Made by a program: the position numbers and the translations under genes
Assembly (NCBI RefSeq): GCF_026965535.1
Contig: NZ_CP114039.1
Span: forward strand, 8,099,461 to 8,163,460
Length of the DNA: 64,000 nt
Source of the DNA: Corallococcus sp. NCRR
GTDB lineage: Bacteria; Myxococcota; Myxococcia; Myxococcales; Myxococcaceae
Reading direction: 5' to 3'
In this document: piece by piece, positions 9,918 to 19,822 of the stretch
Layout: each line of letters opens with the position of its first letter
Numbering within the stretch: position 1 is the first letter of the stretch
The notes under the pieces: model-generated
What the model saw: only the letters and a program-made list of their open reading frames with translations
Databases searched by the model: none
What the model was told of the DNA's origin: nothing

Positions 9918-10899
9918 GGGACACCTCCGCCTTCTCCTTCTTCTCCACCGGCTTGTTGAGCTGCACCGTCTTCCAGTAGTCGCTGGCGGGCTTGCCCTCC
10001 AGCACCGGCGGCTGCTCGCCCACGGTCCACGGCGTCTTCGTCAGCGGGAAGCCCAGCCGCTCGCGCATCTGGAGATACCCTTCCGCGCACAGGCGCGCGT
10101 TGTCACGCACGCGCTTGATGAAGTTGGCGCGCTCGGTGACGGAGATGGCGCCGCGCGCGTCCAGCAGGTTGAACGTGTGCGAGCACTTGAGCGCGTAGTC
10201 GTACGCGGGCAGCGGCAGGTGGCGCTCGATGAGCCGCTTGCACTCCTTCTCGTACGCGTCGAACAGCGTGAAGAGCATCTGCGGGTCGGACTCGTGGAGG
10301 GCGTACTTGCTCATCTCCACTTCGTTCGCGTGGAAGACCTCGCGGTACTTCACGCCCTTGACCCACTCGATGTCGAAGACGTTCTCCACGTTCTGCAGGT
10401 ACATCGTGAGGCGCTCGAGCCCGTACGTCAGCTCCGCGGCCACGGGGCGGCAGTCGAAGCCGCCGCACTGCTGGAAGTAGGTGAACTGCGTCACCTCCAT
10501 CCCGTCGCACCACACCTCCCAGCCCAGGCCCCAGGCGCCCAGCGTGGGGGACTCCCAGTCGTCCTCGACGAAGCGGATGTCGTGCTCCAGCGGGTCCATC
10601 CCGATCTTCCGCAGCGACTCCAGGTATAGCTCCTGGACGTTCTTGGGCGCGGGCTTGAGGATGACCTGGAACTGGTGGTGCTGGAACAGGCGGTTCGGGT
10701 TCTCACCGAAGCGGCCGTCGGCGGGGCGCCGCGAGGGCTGCACGTAGGCGACGTTCCAGGGCTCGGGACCGAGCGCGCGCAGGAACGTGTACGGGGCCAT
10801 CGTGCCCGCGCCGACTTCCGTGTCGTACGACTGGGTGACGATGCATCCCTGGTCGGCCCAGTGCTTCTGGAGCGTGAGGATGAGGTCCTGGAAATACAT
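9907..10899 (-). CDS. glyQ: Glycine--tRNA ligase alpha subunit
   Basis: [19 protein letters not shown].. Canonical GlyQ with a short Lys/Glu-rich C-terminal tail. Confidence 0.9.
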   Translation of the reverse strand: MYFQDLILTLQKHWADQGCIVTQSYDTEVGAGTMAPYTFLRALGPEPWNVAYVQPSRRPADGRFGENPNRLFQHHQFQVILKPAPKNVQELYLESLRKIGMDPLEHDIRFVEDDWESPTLGAWGLGWEVWCDGMEVTQFTYFQQCGGFDCRPVAAELTYGLERLTMYLQNVENVFDIEWVKGVKYREVFHANEVEMSKYALHESDPQMLFTLFDAYEKECKRLIERHLPLPAYDYALKCSHTFNLLDARGAISVTERANFIKRVRDNARLCAEGYLQMRERLGFPLTKTPWTVGEQPPVLEGKPASDYWKTVQLNKPVEKKEKAEVSRGA

Positions 10900-10988
10900 G
10901 ATGGCGAGTCCTTCTCGCAGTGCGTCGAAGGCGGAGGCGGAACGCGGCGGACCCTAGTGAGGGGGTCCAGGAGCGTCAAGGACGGCGG

Positions 10989-13258
10989 TCAGTCCGAGTA
11001 GTCCGGCAGGTCGGCCAGTCGAATCTGCAGCTTCGTCACCTCGCCGGGACGGATGGGAGCGGACAACAGCTTGCTCGTACCGCCGGGATCCTGCGGGTCC
11101 ACCACGCGCAGACGGTACGTCCCGATGGGCAGGGGGAACTTGTTCAACGGGGACGTGCCCAGTTGCGTGGCGCCGTCGAACACGGCCGCGTTCTTCGGCA
11201 CCGTGTAGAGCGTCAGCCAGCCCAGGCCCGCCTTCGCAGCGCCCTTGGAGGTGCTCGTGTCGAGCACCTCCGGGTTCTCCTCCTGAGAGACGGTGGTGAC
11301 GGGCTCCGGGGACCGCTCCGTGGGCGCGGGCTTCGCGGGGCGCGGCTCCGCCTTCGCCACCACGGGCGCGGGCGCGTCCGTCGTGGCGGCCGGCTTCGTC
11401 TTGCGTCCCCCCTTGGCAGCGGGGGCCTGCTTCGTGTCGATGGGCGGCGCGACCACCACCGGTTCGGGCGGGGGCGTCGGATCAACCTGCGCGGGCTCGG
11501 GGGTGGTCTTCTGGACGAAACCCGGCGGAGGACCGGAGGGCTTCGGCGGCCACTGTCCGTTCGCGGCGGGGTCCACCGGAGGGGGCGGATCCAGCTCCGC
11601 CTTCACCCACTGCTTCGCGGAGTCGAACGCCGGCATGAACACGCGGCGCACGGGTTCGAGCGTCGCCAGGTACGCCACGCCGCCCAGGAGGAAGAGCAGG
11701 AACAACCGCATGCCCCAGCCGGAGCCCTCGCGCACGGGCGGGGCCACGGGGGGCGCTTCTTCAACGGACGCCTCTTGCTCCACCTGCCGCGAGGACCGCG
11801 CGGTGCCGCGCACCGGGCGGGCCTTGAAGCGCTGGGTCTGGAGCTCGCTGGGCGGATCCATCAGCCCGTCGGACGGGGCTGCGTCGCGGGCTTCGGCGGG
11901 CTCCGGCCGAGCGCTGGGACGGGCCCGCGAGGGCCGCACGGCGTCCGCGGGAGGACGAACGACCCGGGGAACTGGCGTCCCATCCGCCCCCGCGGGCCGC
12001 TGCGCTCGCGGCGTCACGGCGGGCGTGTTGACGCGAGAGGCGCGGGCCTCCACGGCCTCATTGGCGGGACGCGGGGTCGCGCGGGGCGCGGGCGTCGCGG
12101 ACTCCGTGGCGGTGCGGCGGACGGGCGTGGGCTTGAAGGACGCCGCGACGTCCGGGGACGGGGCCTCCGCGTGCGGCGACTTCACCTGCGCGGTGGCCGC
12201 CGAGGCGGCCTGCTCACTGCCCTCCTCCACCTGGAGCGCGCCGGCGGCCTCGCTGACGCGGGCGTCCTCGGCGCGGCTGGCCAGCTCCAGGAGCGTGCGC
12301 GTCTTCTGGCGCTTCTCCTCGAAGAGCTCGCCCATGACGGCGGTCATCTGGTCTTCGTCGAACAGCTCGGAGCCCAGCGTGGCCTCGATGGCGCGCGCCA
12401 TCTCCCGGCAGGTGCCGAAGCGCTGGGTGGTATCGCGCGACAGCGCCTTGAGCACCACCGCTTCCAGGGCCTCCGGCACGGCCGCGTTGAGCGAGCGCGG
12501 CGCGGGGATGTCCCCGTCCACGATTTGCATCATCACGGCGGCCTCGCCGGGCGCGTTGAACAGGCGCTGTCCGGCGAGCAGCTCATGGAGCATCACGCCG
12601 GTGGAGAACTGGTCGCTGCGGCCATCCAGGTCCTTGTTGCGCACCTGCTCCGGGGACATGTACCCGCTGGTCCCCTTCACGGTGCCCACCTGCGTGCGGC
12701 CCAGCTTGCCGCGCGCCTTGGCGATGCCGAAGTCGATCACCTTCACGACGCCGTCGTAGGTGAGCATCACGTTCTTCGGGGACACGTCGCGGTGCACCAC
12801 CGCCACGGGGCGGCCGGACGGGTCCATGAAGTGGTGGGCGTAGTGCAGGCCCAGGCACGTGTCGCGGATGACACGCGCGCTGAAGCCCAGCGGCAGCGCG
12901 TACTTGCGCCGCTCCGCCATCTTCACCACCTGCTCCAGGTTCTGGCCGGGCAGGAACTCCATGGCGAGGTACAGCTCGCCGTCCTCCTCCCCCAGGTCGA
13001 ACACCTGTCCGATGTTCGCGTGCGAGAAGGCCGCGGTGATGCGCGCCTCGTCGAGGAACATCTTGACGAACTGGTCGTCCTTCTTGATGTCGGGGAGGAT
13101 CTGCTTCACCGCCACGAACTTGCGGAAGCCACCGGGGCCGGAGGTGTACGCGAGGAACAGCTCCGCCATCCCGCCCATCGAGAGTCGGGTGAGGATCTCG
13201 TACTTTCCAATGCGCCGCCCCCGGTCGGGATCGTCTCCGGCGACTCCCTGCGTACTCA
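10989..13258 (-). CDS. Membrane Ser/Thr protein kinase with Pro-rich linker and C-terminal PEGA domain
   Basis: Start at MSTQGVAGDDPDRGRRIGKYEIL. The ORF-track start at 13499 is an upstream in-frame extension. Hanks kinase motifs (VAVK, HRDVSPKNVML, DFGIAK, SGYMSPEQ). TM LFLLFLLGGVAYLA. PEGA-like C-terminus LTLYTVPKNAAVFDG..GTYRLRV. Confidence 0.8.
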
Positions 13259-13354
13259 TGGCGGAGGCGGATGTTACCCGCCCAACCCTCCCAGGTCGAT
13301 GATCGTCTTTCCAGACCGGCCGCTCCCCCGAGCCAGGAGCCCGGAGAAAGCGGC

Positions 13355-14143
13355 TTAGGCGCCGAAACGCCGGCGCCGCACGTCGAGCATCCAGGCCTCG
13401 AGCGCGGCCACGGCCGCCGGTTGTGGCTCCAGAGGCAACACGGAGGCCGCGTCCGCCGCGTCGAGCACCGCGAAGGCGCGCGTCACCTCCCCCTGCCACT
13501 GCGCGCTGAGCGCGTCGGTCAGCTCGATGCGCTCACCGCTCCGCTTGCGCTCCACCAGCGCTCGGGCTTCGCCAAAGCCATACGGCTCCAGCAGGACGGT
13601 GACGTCCGTCTCCACCTCGCCCGTGCGCAGCGCGTGCGTTCCAGTGAGCGTCGTGCGCAGCACGTACAGCAACTTCTTCACGGAGCGGAATCCGCTCTTC
13701 TCCCACTCGCGGAGCTGTCCCTGCGCGAAGCCGCGATAGTGCCGGTGGATGCGCCGCGACAGCACGGTCCGCACCCGCGGACGCAGCGCCTCCAGATCCG
13801 GCAGGGCCCGCACGGTGATGGCCCCCAGCACGCGCTCGATGTAGTTGCCGTTGCCCTGGAGGATGCCCAGCAGCACGGGCTGCAGCTCGTTGGACGAGTA
13901 GTCCACCTCCACGCCCTCCAGCACCTCCAGCCGCTCCGCCGGCACGTGCCGGGGCTGGAGGCCCAGGAGCGCGGCGGTGGGCGCGATGTGGATGGCCTTC
14001 AGGTCCAGGTCGCTGTCATGCGACGGGAAACCGTACGCATGCGCGCCCGACAGCGAGATGACCAGGTGCTCGCGCAGGAGGGACTCCGCGTCCAGCACGC
14101 GGTCCGCCATGCGCTCCTGATGCTCCGTCACCCTGCCCTTCAT
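13355..14143 (-). CDS. Pol-beta superfamily nucleotidyltransferase (COG3541/RlaP-like)
   Basis: 262 aa. hG[GS]..DhDh motif LSGAHAYGFPSHDSDLDLK. Strong SD (GGAAGGAGGGA) before the ATG. The ATG overlaps the upstream gene stop (ATGA). Confidence 0.6.
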   Translation of the reverse strand: MKGRVTEHQERMADRVLDAESLLREHLVISLSGAHAYGFPSHDSDLDLKAIHIAPTAALLGLQPRHVPAERLEVLEGVEVDYSSNELQPVLLGILQGNGNYIERVLGAITVRALPDLEALRPRVRTVLSRRIHRHYRGFAQGQLREWEKSGFRSVKKLLYVLRTTLTGTHALRTGEVETDVTVLLEPYGFGEARALVERKRSGERIELTDALSAQWQGEVTRAFAVLDAADAASVLPLEPQPAAVAALEAWMLDVRRRRFGA

Positions 14144-15429
14144 TCCGTCCCTCCTTCCAGCGCCGGGGCTTCCGGCGCGTCACGGCCCAGCGGTCCGGGC
14201 GTCTTCAAGACCCAGCGCCGCGCTACCTCGTCTCCCACGCGACGCAACAGCCGGTCCGCGCGGGCGTAGTCCGGATGCTCCGGCAGCCGGCTCTCACGGT
14301 GCGCGGCCTCCAGCGCCGGAGCCATCGCCTCGGCGTCGCGCAGCACGTCCTCCAGGGGCACCTGTCCCCCCTTGATGTCGAGCAGCCGCGACTTCAACGC
14401 CCCCGTCGCCTCGAAGGTGGGCACGCCGTCGCGCAGCCAGCCCGTGGCCAGCGCCACCAGCCTCAGCAGGTTGTAGGCGTTCTTCGGCCGCAGCTCGCGA
14501 GCGGACGGAGGACGCTGGCCGCCGCCGCGCGCGTATGCCGTGAGCGCCGCGAAGTCGTTGGACGTGAGCAGCCCCTGGTCCCAGAGCGAGCGGTAGAGCT
14601 GCTTGACGTACGTCTTCGCCGCGAGCACCGCGTCTTCGGGCGTGGGCGCGGCGCGGGGGCTCATGGCGGCCAGGCGACGGGCCACCTCGTCCAGGTCCGG
14701 CGTGGGCTCCTCGCACAGCCATGCGAGGAGCAGGTCGCGGTGCTCGGCCAGCCGCTGGCTGCGGGTGAGCTTGTCGAGTTGGCTCATGGCGTAGCGCCCG
14801 AAGCTGCCGAAGATGGCCTTGGAGACGAACGCCTCGCGCGCCTCCAGCACCCACGTGCCCAGCTCGTCCACCGCCGTCGCGCCGGGGACGAAGAGGGTCT
14901 CCAGCGTGTTCGGGTCCGCGCGCAGCGCCTGCTCCACCGTCTTGCGGACCTCCCAGTACGTGGTGCTGCCATCCGCGCTCACCAGGTCCTGCGGCGGCTG
15001 GCCCAGCCCCAGCGTCCACGGGAGCGGCAACGCGAACACCCCGCGCACGTCCACGTCGGAGCGCTCATCCGCGAGCCCCCAGGCGTGACTGCCCACGCGC
15101 GTCTCCAGCACCACGCACGGCCGCAGCGCGCCCCAGGCCGCCTCGCGCCGCTGGGCGAACTGCACCTGTCCCGCGCGCCGGGGCACCAGCTCATCGCGCG
15201 CGAACCACACCTCACCCACGCCGACGATCTGCACGTCGAAGCCGCCGTCATGCGCGCGCACCACGCGGCCCACCACGCCCTGGGGGATGCGGCGTCCCCC
15301 GGACGCCACGCGCTCCACGCGGGTGGTGACCTCGGTGCCGTGCGGCAGGGGCACCGACAGCCGGTCAATCTGCTCCAGTCCCCGGACGCGCGCCGGAGCG
15401 GAGGAAGAAGTCTCGCGGGTGTCACTCAT
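14140..15429 (-). CDS. Pol-beta superfamily nucleotidyltransferase, paralog with long C-terminal extension
   Basis: Start at MSDTRET (SD AGGGGGA 5 nt upstream). Motif VGSHAWGLADERSDVDVRGV parallels the downstream paralog. About 170 aa C-terminal helical extension. Confidence 0.6.
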   Translation of the reverse strand: MSDTRETSSSAPARVRGLEQIDRLSVPLPHGTEVTTRVERVASGGRRIPQGVVGRVVRAHDGGFDVQIVGVGEVWFARDELVPRRAGQVQFAQRREAAWGALRPCVVLETRVGSHAWGLADERSDVDVRGVFALPLPWTLGLGQPPQDLVSADGSTTYWEVRKTVEQALRADPNTLETLFVPGATAVDELGTWVLEAREAFVSKAIFGSFGRYAMSQLDKLTRSQRLAEHRDLLLAWLCEEPTPDLDEVARRLAAMSPRAAPTPEDAVLAAKTYVKQLYRSLWDQGLLTSNDFAALTAYARGGGQRPPSARELRPKNAYNLLRLVALATGWLRDGVPTFEATGALKSRLLDIKGGQVPLEDVLRDAEAMAPALEAAHRESRLPEHPDYARADRLLRRVGDEVARRWVLKTPGPLGRDAPEAPALEGGTE

Positions 15430-15507
15430 CGGTTCCCCCTGGATGGGATGGTGGGCCACGCAGGACGCAGCCAAGCACACGAGCCTGACCCGGCACGGCG
15501 CTTCCCG

Positions 15508-16522
15508 TCAGCGAGCGACACGCCGCATGGCGGGGAGCGCGGGCAGCAGCCCCTCCACTTCGGAGGCCAGGGGGAGCGCCGACACCGCGCCCAGCTTCGT
15601 CACCACCCGGGCTCCCACGCCCGCCGCGAAGGTCATCAGCGCGACCAGGTCCTCGCGCGTCGCATCCTCCAGCGAGCGCGCGTCGCCGTACCCGCGCACC
15701 AGGCCGCTCAGCATGGCGGACACGAAGCCATCCCCCGCGCCCGTCGTGTCCACCACCGTCACCTGGGGCGCCGGCACGGAGAGGACCTCGCCGCGCCAGA
15801 GGAACACCGCGCCGCGAGGGCCCAGCGTCACCACGGGCAGCCGCACCCCCTTCGCGGCCAGGACGTGCAGGGCCGCCTCGGGCGAGTGCTCGCCGGTCGC
15901 GAAGTGGATCTCCTCCTCGGACAGCTTCACCACCGTGCACAGCGGGAGCATGCGCCCCAGAAGGGCTCGCAGCTCCTCGGGCTGCGTCCACATGTGCAGC
16001 CGCAGGTTCGGGTCACAGCTCACCAGCATCCCGGCCTCACGGGCCAGGGTGAGCATGCGCACCATGGCCTCGCGCGCCTCCGGCAGGAGCAGGGAGTTGG
16101 AGCCGCAGTGCAGCGCCTTCGCGCGCCGCACGAAGGCGCCGTCCACGTCGGAGTCGTCCAGCAGGAACTCCGCGGACCGAGTCCGGAAGTACGTGAAGCT
16201 GCGCTCGCCCTGCGCGTCCAGCGAGACGAACAACAGGCCCGTGCGCGCGTGGTCCACCTGGCGCAGGCGGCTCACGTCCACGCCGTCCGCCGCCAACCGG
16301 TCGCGCAGGAAGTGGCCGAACTCATCGGAGCCCACCACGCCCACCATCGCCGAGCGCAGGCCCAACCGCGCGAGCCCCACGGAGACGTTGGCCGGTGAGC
16401 CTCCCGGCGACGGCTTCCAGGCCTCCACGTCCCGCACGCGCGAGGCGCCGCCGGCCACGGGGAGGAAGTCCACCAACGTTTCGCCGACACACACCACGTC
16501 CAGCGGCCCGGCTTCGTGCATG
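15508..16522 (-). CDS. PfkB-family carbohydrate kinase (fructokinase/ribokinase-like)
   Basis: Start at MHEAGPLDVVCVGETLVDF. The ORF-track N-terminal extension to 16818 overlaps recO in another frame. GG motif and C-terminal TGAGDGF signature. Confidence 0.75.
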
Positions 16523-16552
16523 ACAGCTCCCCCTGGGACCGCGCGCTGCCCG

Positions 16553-17287
16553 TCAGTCCAGGCCCACCTGCGCCATGAAGTCCACGCTCTTGAGCTTGCG
16601 GCCCACGTGGTGCGCGATGAAGACGTTGAGCAGGCCCCGGGCCCGCGCGCGGAGGTCCGCGGGCAGCGGCGTGCGCTGCCCCTCCTGGAGCGAGCGCAGC
16701 CCGGCCAGCAGCGCCACCGGCACCGGCACCGAGTCACGCGCGCGCCCGCCACACGGCTCGCACACCGCGCCACCGTGGCCCTGGTCGAACCGGGGCCGCT
16801 CGCCGGGCACACCGCCACACAGCGAGCAGGAGTCGAAGCGCGGCATCAAGCCCGCCTGCGCCAGCGCCGCCAGCTCGAACGCGAGCAGCGACGTGGGCCC
16901 GGCCTCCTTCGCGTCCAGCCGGTGCAGGTAGCCCTCCACCAGTTCGAACAGCTCCGGGTGCGGTTCGTGCTCGCGCGTGAGCTCGCGGCACAGCTCCACC
17001 GCGTACAGCGCCCGGGCGATGAGCGACAGGTCCTCGCGCGCGGCGTAGAAGCCCGTGATGATGTCCGCCGAATCGATGCGGACCGTGCTGCCGCGCGTTT
17101 CCACGAGTTGCACGCGCAGCCGCATGAACGGCTCCAGCGCCCCCGCGAACCGGCGCTTGCTCTTGCGCGCGCCCGCGGCGAACGCGGTCAGCTTGCCGTG
17201 CTCACGCGTGAGCAGCGTCACCAACCGGTCGGACTCGCCATAGTCGACCGTGGACAGCACGAACGCGTCGTCGGCGTACCGCTCCAT
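16553..17287 (-). CDS. recO: DNA repair protein RecO
   Basis: 244 aa. N-terminal OB fold (AFVLSTVDYGESDRLVTLLT) and C-terminal Cys4 zinc motif (CSLCG..CEPCG). Confidence 0.8.
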   Translation of the reverse strand: MERYADDAFVLSTVDYGESDRLVTLLTREHGKLTAFAAGARKSKRRFAGALEPFMRLRVQLVETRGSTVRIDSADIITGFYAAREDLSLIARALYAVELCRELTREHEPHPELFELVEGYLHRLDAKEAGPTSLLAFELAALAQAGLMPRFDSCSLCGGVPGERPRFDQGHGGAVCEPCGGRARDSVPVPVALLAGLRSLQEGQRTPLPADLRARARGLLNVFIAHHVGRKLKSVDFMAQVGLD

Positions 17288-17296
17288 GATCTCTCT

Positions 17297-17683
17297 TCAA
17301 CGCGCCGCGGGGGGCGGAAGCTTCCCGGACAGCACCAGGAACAGACCCGCGCCCAGGAGCAGGACCGCCAGCAGGACGGCCAGGATGACGTACGCCCGCT
17401 TGCGCCGGGCCTTCTCCAGCTGCGCCGGCGAAGGCGCGGGCACCGCCCGGTCCACCTCCTCGTAGCGCAGCGCCGCCTCCTCCGGCGACAGGCCGATGAC
17501 CTGCGCGTACGCGCGGATGTAGTTCAGCACGAACACGCGCTCGGGCAGCCGCTCCACCTGCCCCGCCTCCAGCGCCGCGACGAGGCTTGGGGGAATCTTC
17601 GTCTCCCGGGAGACGTCCTCGCGCGACATGCCGCGAAGCTCGCGCTGCTGGCTGAGGTATTTGCCGAAGTCGACGTGGTCCAC
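17297..17683 (-). CDS. XRE-type HTH membrane protein (RodZ N-terminal-like, lacks periplasmic domain)
   Basis: 128 aa. HTH (YLSQQRELRGMSREDVSRETKIPPSLVAALEAG) followed by a single TM segment (AYVILAVLLAVLLLGAGLFLVL). Confidence 0.6.
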   Translation of the reverse strand: MDHVDFGKYLSQQRELRGMSREDVSRETKIPPSLVAALEAGQVERLPERVFVLNYIRAYAQVIGLSPEEAALRYEEVDRAVPAPSPAQLEKARRKRAYVILAVLLAVLLLGAGLFLVLSGKLPPPAAR

Positions 17684-17704
17684 GGTCTTTCGGGGCCCCC
17701 GCGG

Positions 17705-18462
17705 CTAGAGGTGGTCCAGCAGTGAGCGGCAGTCGTCCTTGAGCACCTGCTCGTTGGCTTGCGCCTTGGCCTCGCAGCCCGCGAACGCCTTCTTCGCCTC
17801 GTCCGCCCGCCCGAGCTTCGCCTGGCACACGCCTTCGCGGTGGTAGGCCTCCGCCACGTCCGGGCACTTCTCACGGTAGTGCGCGAACTGCCGGCACGCC
17901 TCCTCCGTCTTGCCCGTCTCGTCGTAGATGATGCCCAGGTTCTTGTAGCCCAGGCAGAACTCCGGGTTGGTGGTGATGGCCGCCTTGATGTTCTGCAGCG
18001 CGTTCACCGTGTCACCCTTCTTGTAGAGCGCCCAGCCCATGTTGTTCTGCGCGGAGAAGCCGTAGCGGTACTGCATGTCGTTGAGCGACCCCTCGTACAG
18101 CTTGATGGCGTCGTCGTAGCGCCCCTGGTCCAGGCGCAGGTTGCCCAGGTTGGTGCGCGCGTCGGAGAAGGACGGCCGCAGCTCCAGCGCCTTCTCGTAG
18201 TGGGACGACGCCTCGTCGAGCCGCCGGAAGGACAAATGCAGCAGCAGGCCCACCGCGTTGTGGGCCTCCGGGTTGCTCGGGTTCTGCTCCAGCGCCTTCT
18301 GGTACTCCGCGAGCGCGTCCTGCACGTGGCCGTGCTGCTGGGCCTGCACACCCAGGTCGTAGTGGATCTCCGAGCTGCGGCGCTCCTTCTCCGTGGGGAC
18401 ATGCGCGCAGCCCGCCGACGCGAGCGCGAACGCGAGGAAGCAGGAGGAAGTGATGCGGGACA
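17705..18462 (-). CDS. TPR-repeat lipoprotein
   Basis: Start at MSRITSSCFLAFALASAGC (lipobox). At least five TPR units (AEYQKALEQNPSNPEAHNAVG..). The ORF-track upstream extension to 18973 was rejected. Confidence 0.65.
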
Positions 18463-18486
18463 TGGGTGCCAATCCAGGGTGGAGGG

Positions 18487-18951
18487 TCAGAACGCGGCCA
18501 GGAAGCGGCCCAGGGTGGTGGCGACGTTGCGCTTCTCTTCGGCGCGGGCCTTCACGGCGGGCACGAGCGTGGGCTCCCGGAAGAACACGGGCAGCGTCTT
18601 CAGCCACTCGTCCTGCTGCGCGGGGGCCGCGGCACGCCAGTTCGCGTTGTCCATCATGAAGCCCAGCGACTCCACGAACGCGAGCGCGTCGTCCTCGTCC
18701 TCGCGCAGCTCCTCCGCGGACTGGATGCGCCGGCCGGACACGTACACCGCGCAGTCCCCCGCCTCCACCAGGTACAGGTACACGAAGACGCCCGCGCCCT
18801 GCCCGCCCCGCAGCCCCACCACGAAGGCCTGCGCGGGCCCGGCCTGCTTGCCGGGAATGGCCACGTGCGGCGTGTTGAGGGACAGGTGCAGCGCGAGCAC
18901 CTGGTCGCGGTTGGCGGGAAGGCCCCGGTAGCGCTCGTCGATGGTGAACAC
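18487..18951 (-). CDS. Hypothetical protein
   Basis: Start assigned to a GTG preceded by SD AAGGGAG. Lies 25 bp after the upstream gene stop. No recognisable domain. Confidence 0.4.
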   Translation of the reverse strand: MFTIDERYRGLPANRDQVLALHLSLNTPHVAIPGKQAGPAQAFVVGLRGGQGAGVFVYLYLVEAGDCAVYVSGRRIQSAEELREDEDDALAFVESLGFMMDNANWRAAAPAQQDEWLKTLPVFFREPTLVPAVKARAEEKRNVATTLGRFLAAF

Positions 18952-18976
18952 CGTCGTCTCCCTTCCCGCGCACACC

Positions 18977-19669
18977 CTAGCGGGTGGTGAGCGTGAACTC
19001 CTCGGTCGCGTCCTGCGAGTCCGCAGCCGTCTTCTGGAAGCGGATGAGGGGCGTGTCAATCATCACGTTGCCACCGCCCTCGTTCCCCTCGCCGATGATC
19101 ACCTTGAAGACGTTCCCGGGCGACGTGCTGCGGCGGCTGCCCGTGTTCTGCTTGCGGGCAATCAGCGTCACCGCGTTCGCGCCGGGACGCAACTGGCTGG
19201 TGATGTCCACCACCACCTGATCCTCGTTGTTGCGCAAACGGCGCAGCCAGCGCGAGTTCACGTACACGTCGATGTCGAAGTCCGTCATGCCCGGCGTCGT
19301 CTGCTCCGTCACCAGCCAGTAGCGCTGGGTGATGCGCCCCGGCGCGGTGGGGGCGGCAGCGGGCGCGGCCGGAGCGGGGGCCTGCGCGACGACACCCGCG
19401 TCCACCGGGGCGGCGGCGGGAGGCGTGGCGGTGGAAGGCGACGTGGGCGTGGGCGTCACGTTCGTCACGCGGGCGGCGTAGCCCGGCGCGTCGATGTGGA
19501 CGTTGCCTTCCGCGTCGATGCGGACGGTGGCCTTCTCGAAGCGCGTGTTCGTCACCCCGTCGATCTTCACGCCATTCAGGAAGACCGAGCCGGCGAGGGC
19601 CAGCATGGGGACGAGCGAGGCCGCGACGGTGAGGGCGATTCGGGCGGACGGACGGGGCATGGGGGGCAT
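18977..19669 (-). CDS. Secreted hypothetical protein with Pro/Ala/Thr-rich linker
   Basis: Signal peptide IALTVAASLVPMLALAGS. TPTPTSPSTATPPAAAP linker. C-terminal beta-rich domain. Confidence 0.45.
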   Translation of the reverse strand: MPPMPRPSARIALTVAASLVPMLALAGSVFLNGVKIDGVTNTRFEKATVRIDAEGNVHIDAPGYAARVTNVTPTPTSPSTATPPAAAPVDAGVVAQAPAPAAPAAAPTAPGRITQRYWLVTEQTTPGMTDFDIDVYVNSRWLRRLRNNEDQVVVDITSQLRPGANAVTLIARKQNTGSRRSTSPGNVFKVIIGEGNEGGGNVMIDTPLIRFQKTAADSQDATEEFTLTTR

Positions 19670-19822
19670 TCCTCCTCAGGAATCCTCAACAGTCCCGGGA
19701 GCTTGCGAACGACTTAGCGCACCCGGGGGAGCGGGACAAGGCGGGGACGGCCCTCCTTGGAGCGCTCCGCCGCCCCGAACATTCACCCGGGGGCCCGTCT
19801 TCCAGTCCGGCGGCGAAGGCCG

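Noticed and set aside
13259-13499. N-terminal extension of the kinase ORF to 13499
   Set aside because: The extension overlaps the end of the upstream NTase gene. The kinase begins at the internal ATG (MSTQGV..), which gives a sensible N-terminus.
16523-16818. N-terminal extension of the PfkB ORF (start 16818)
   Set aside because: It overlaps recO in another frame with Arg/Cys/Trp-rich nonsense. A conserved N-terminus starts at MHEAGPLDVVCVG.
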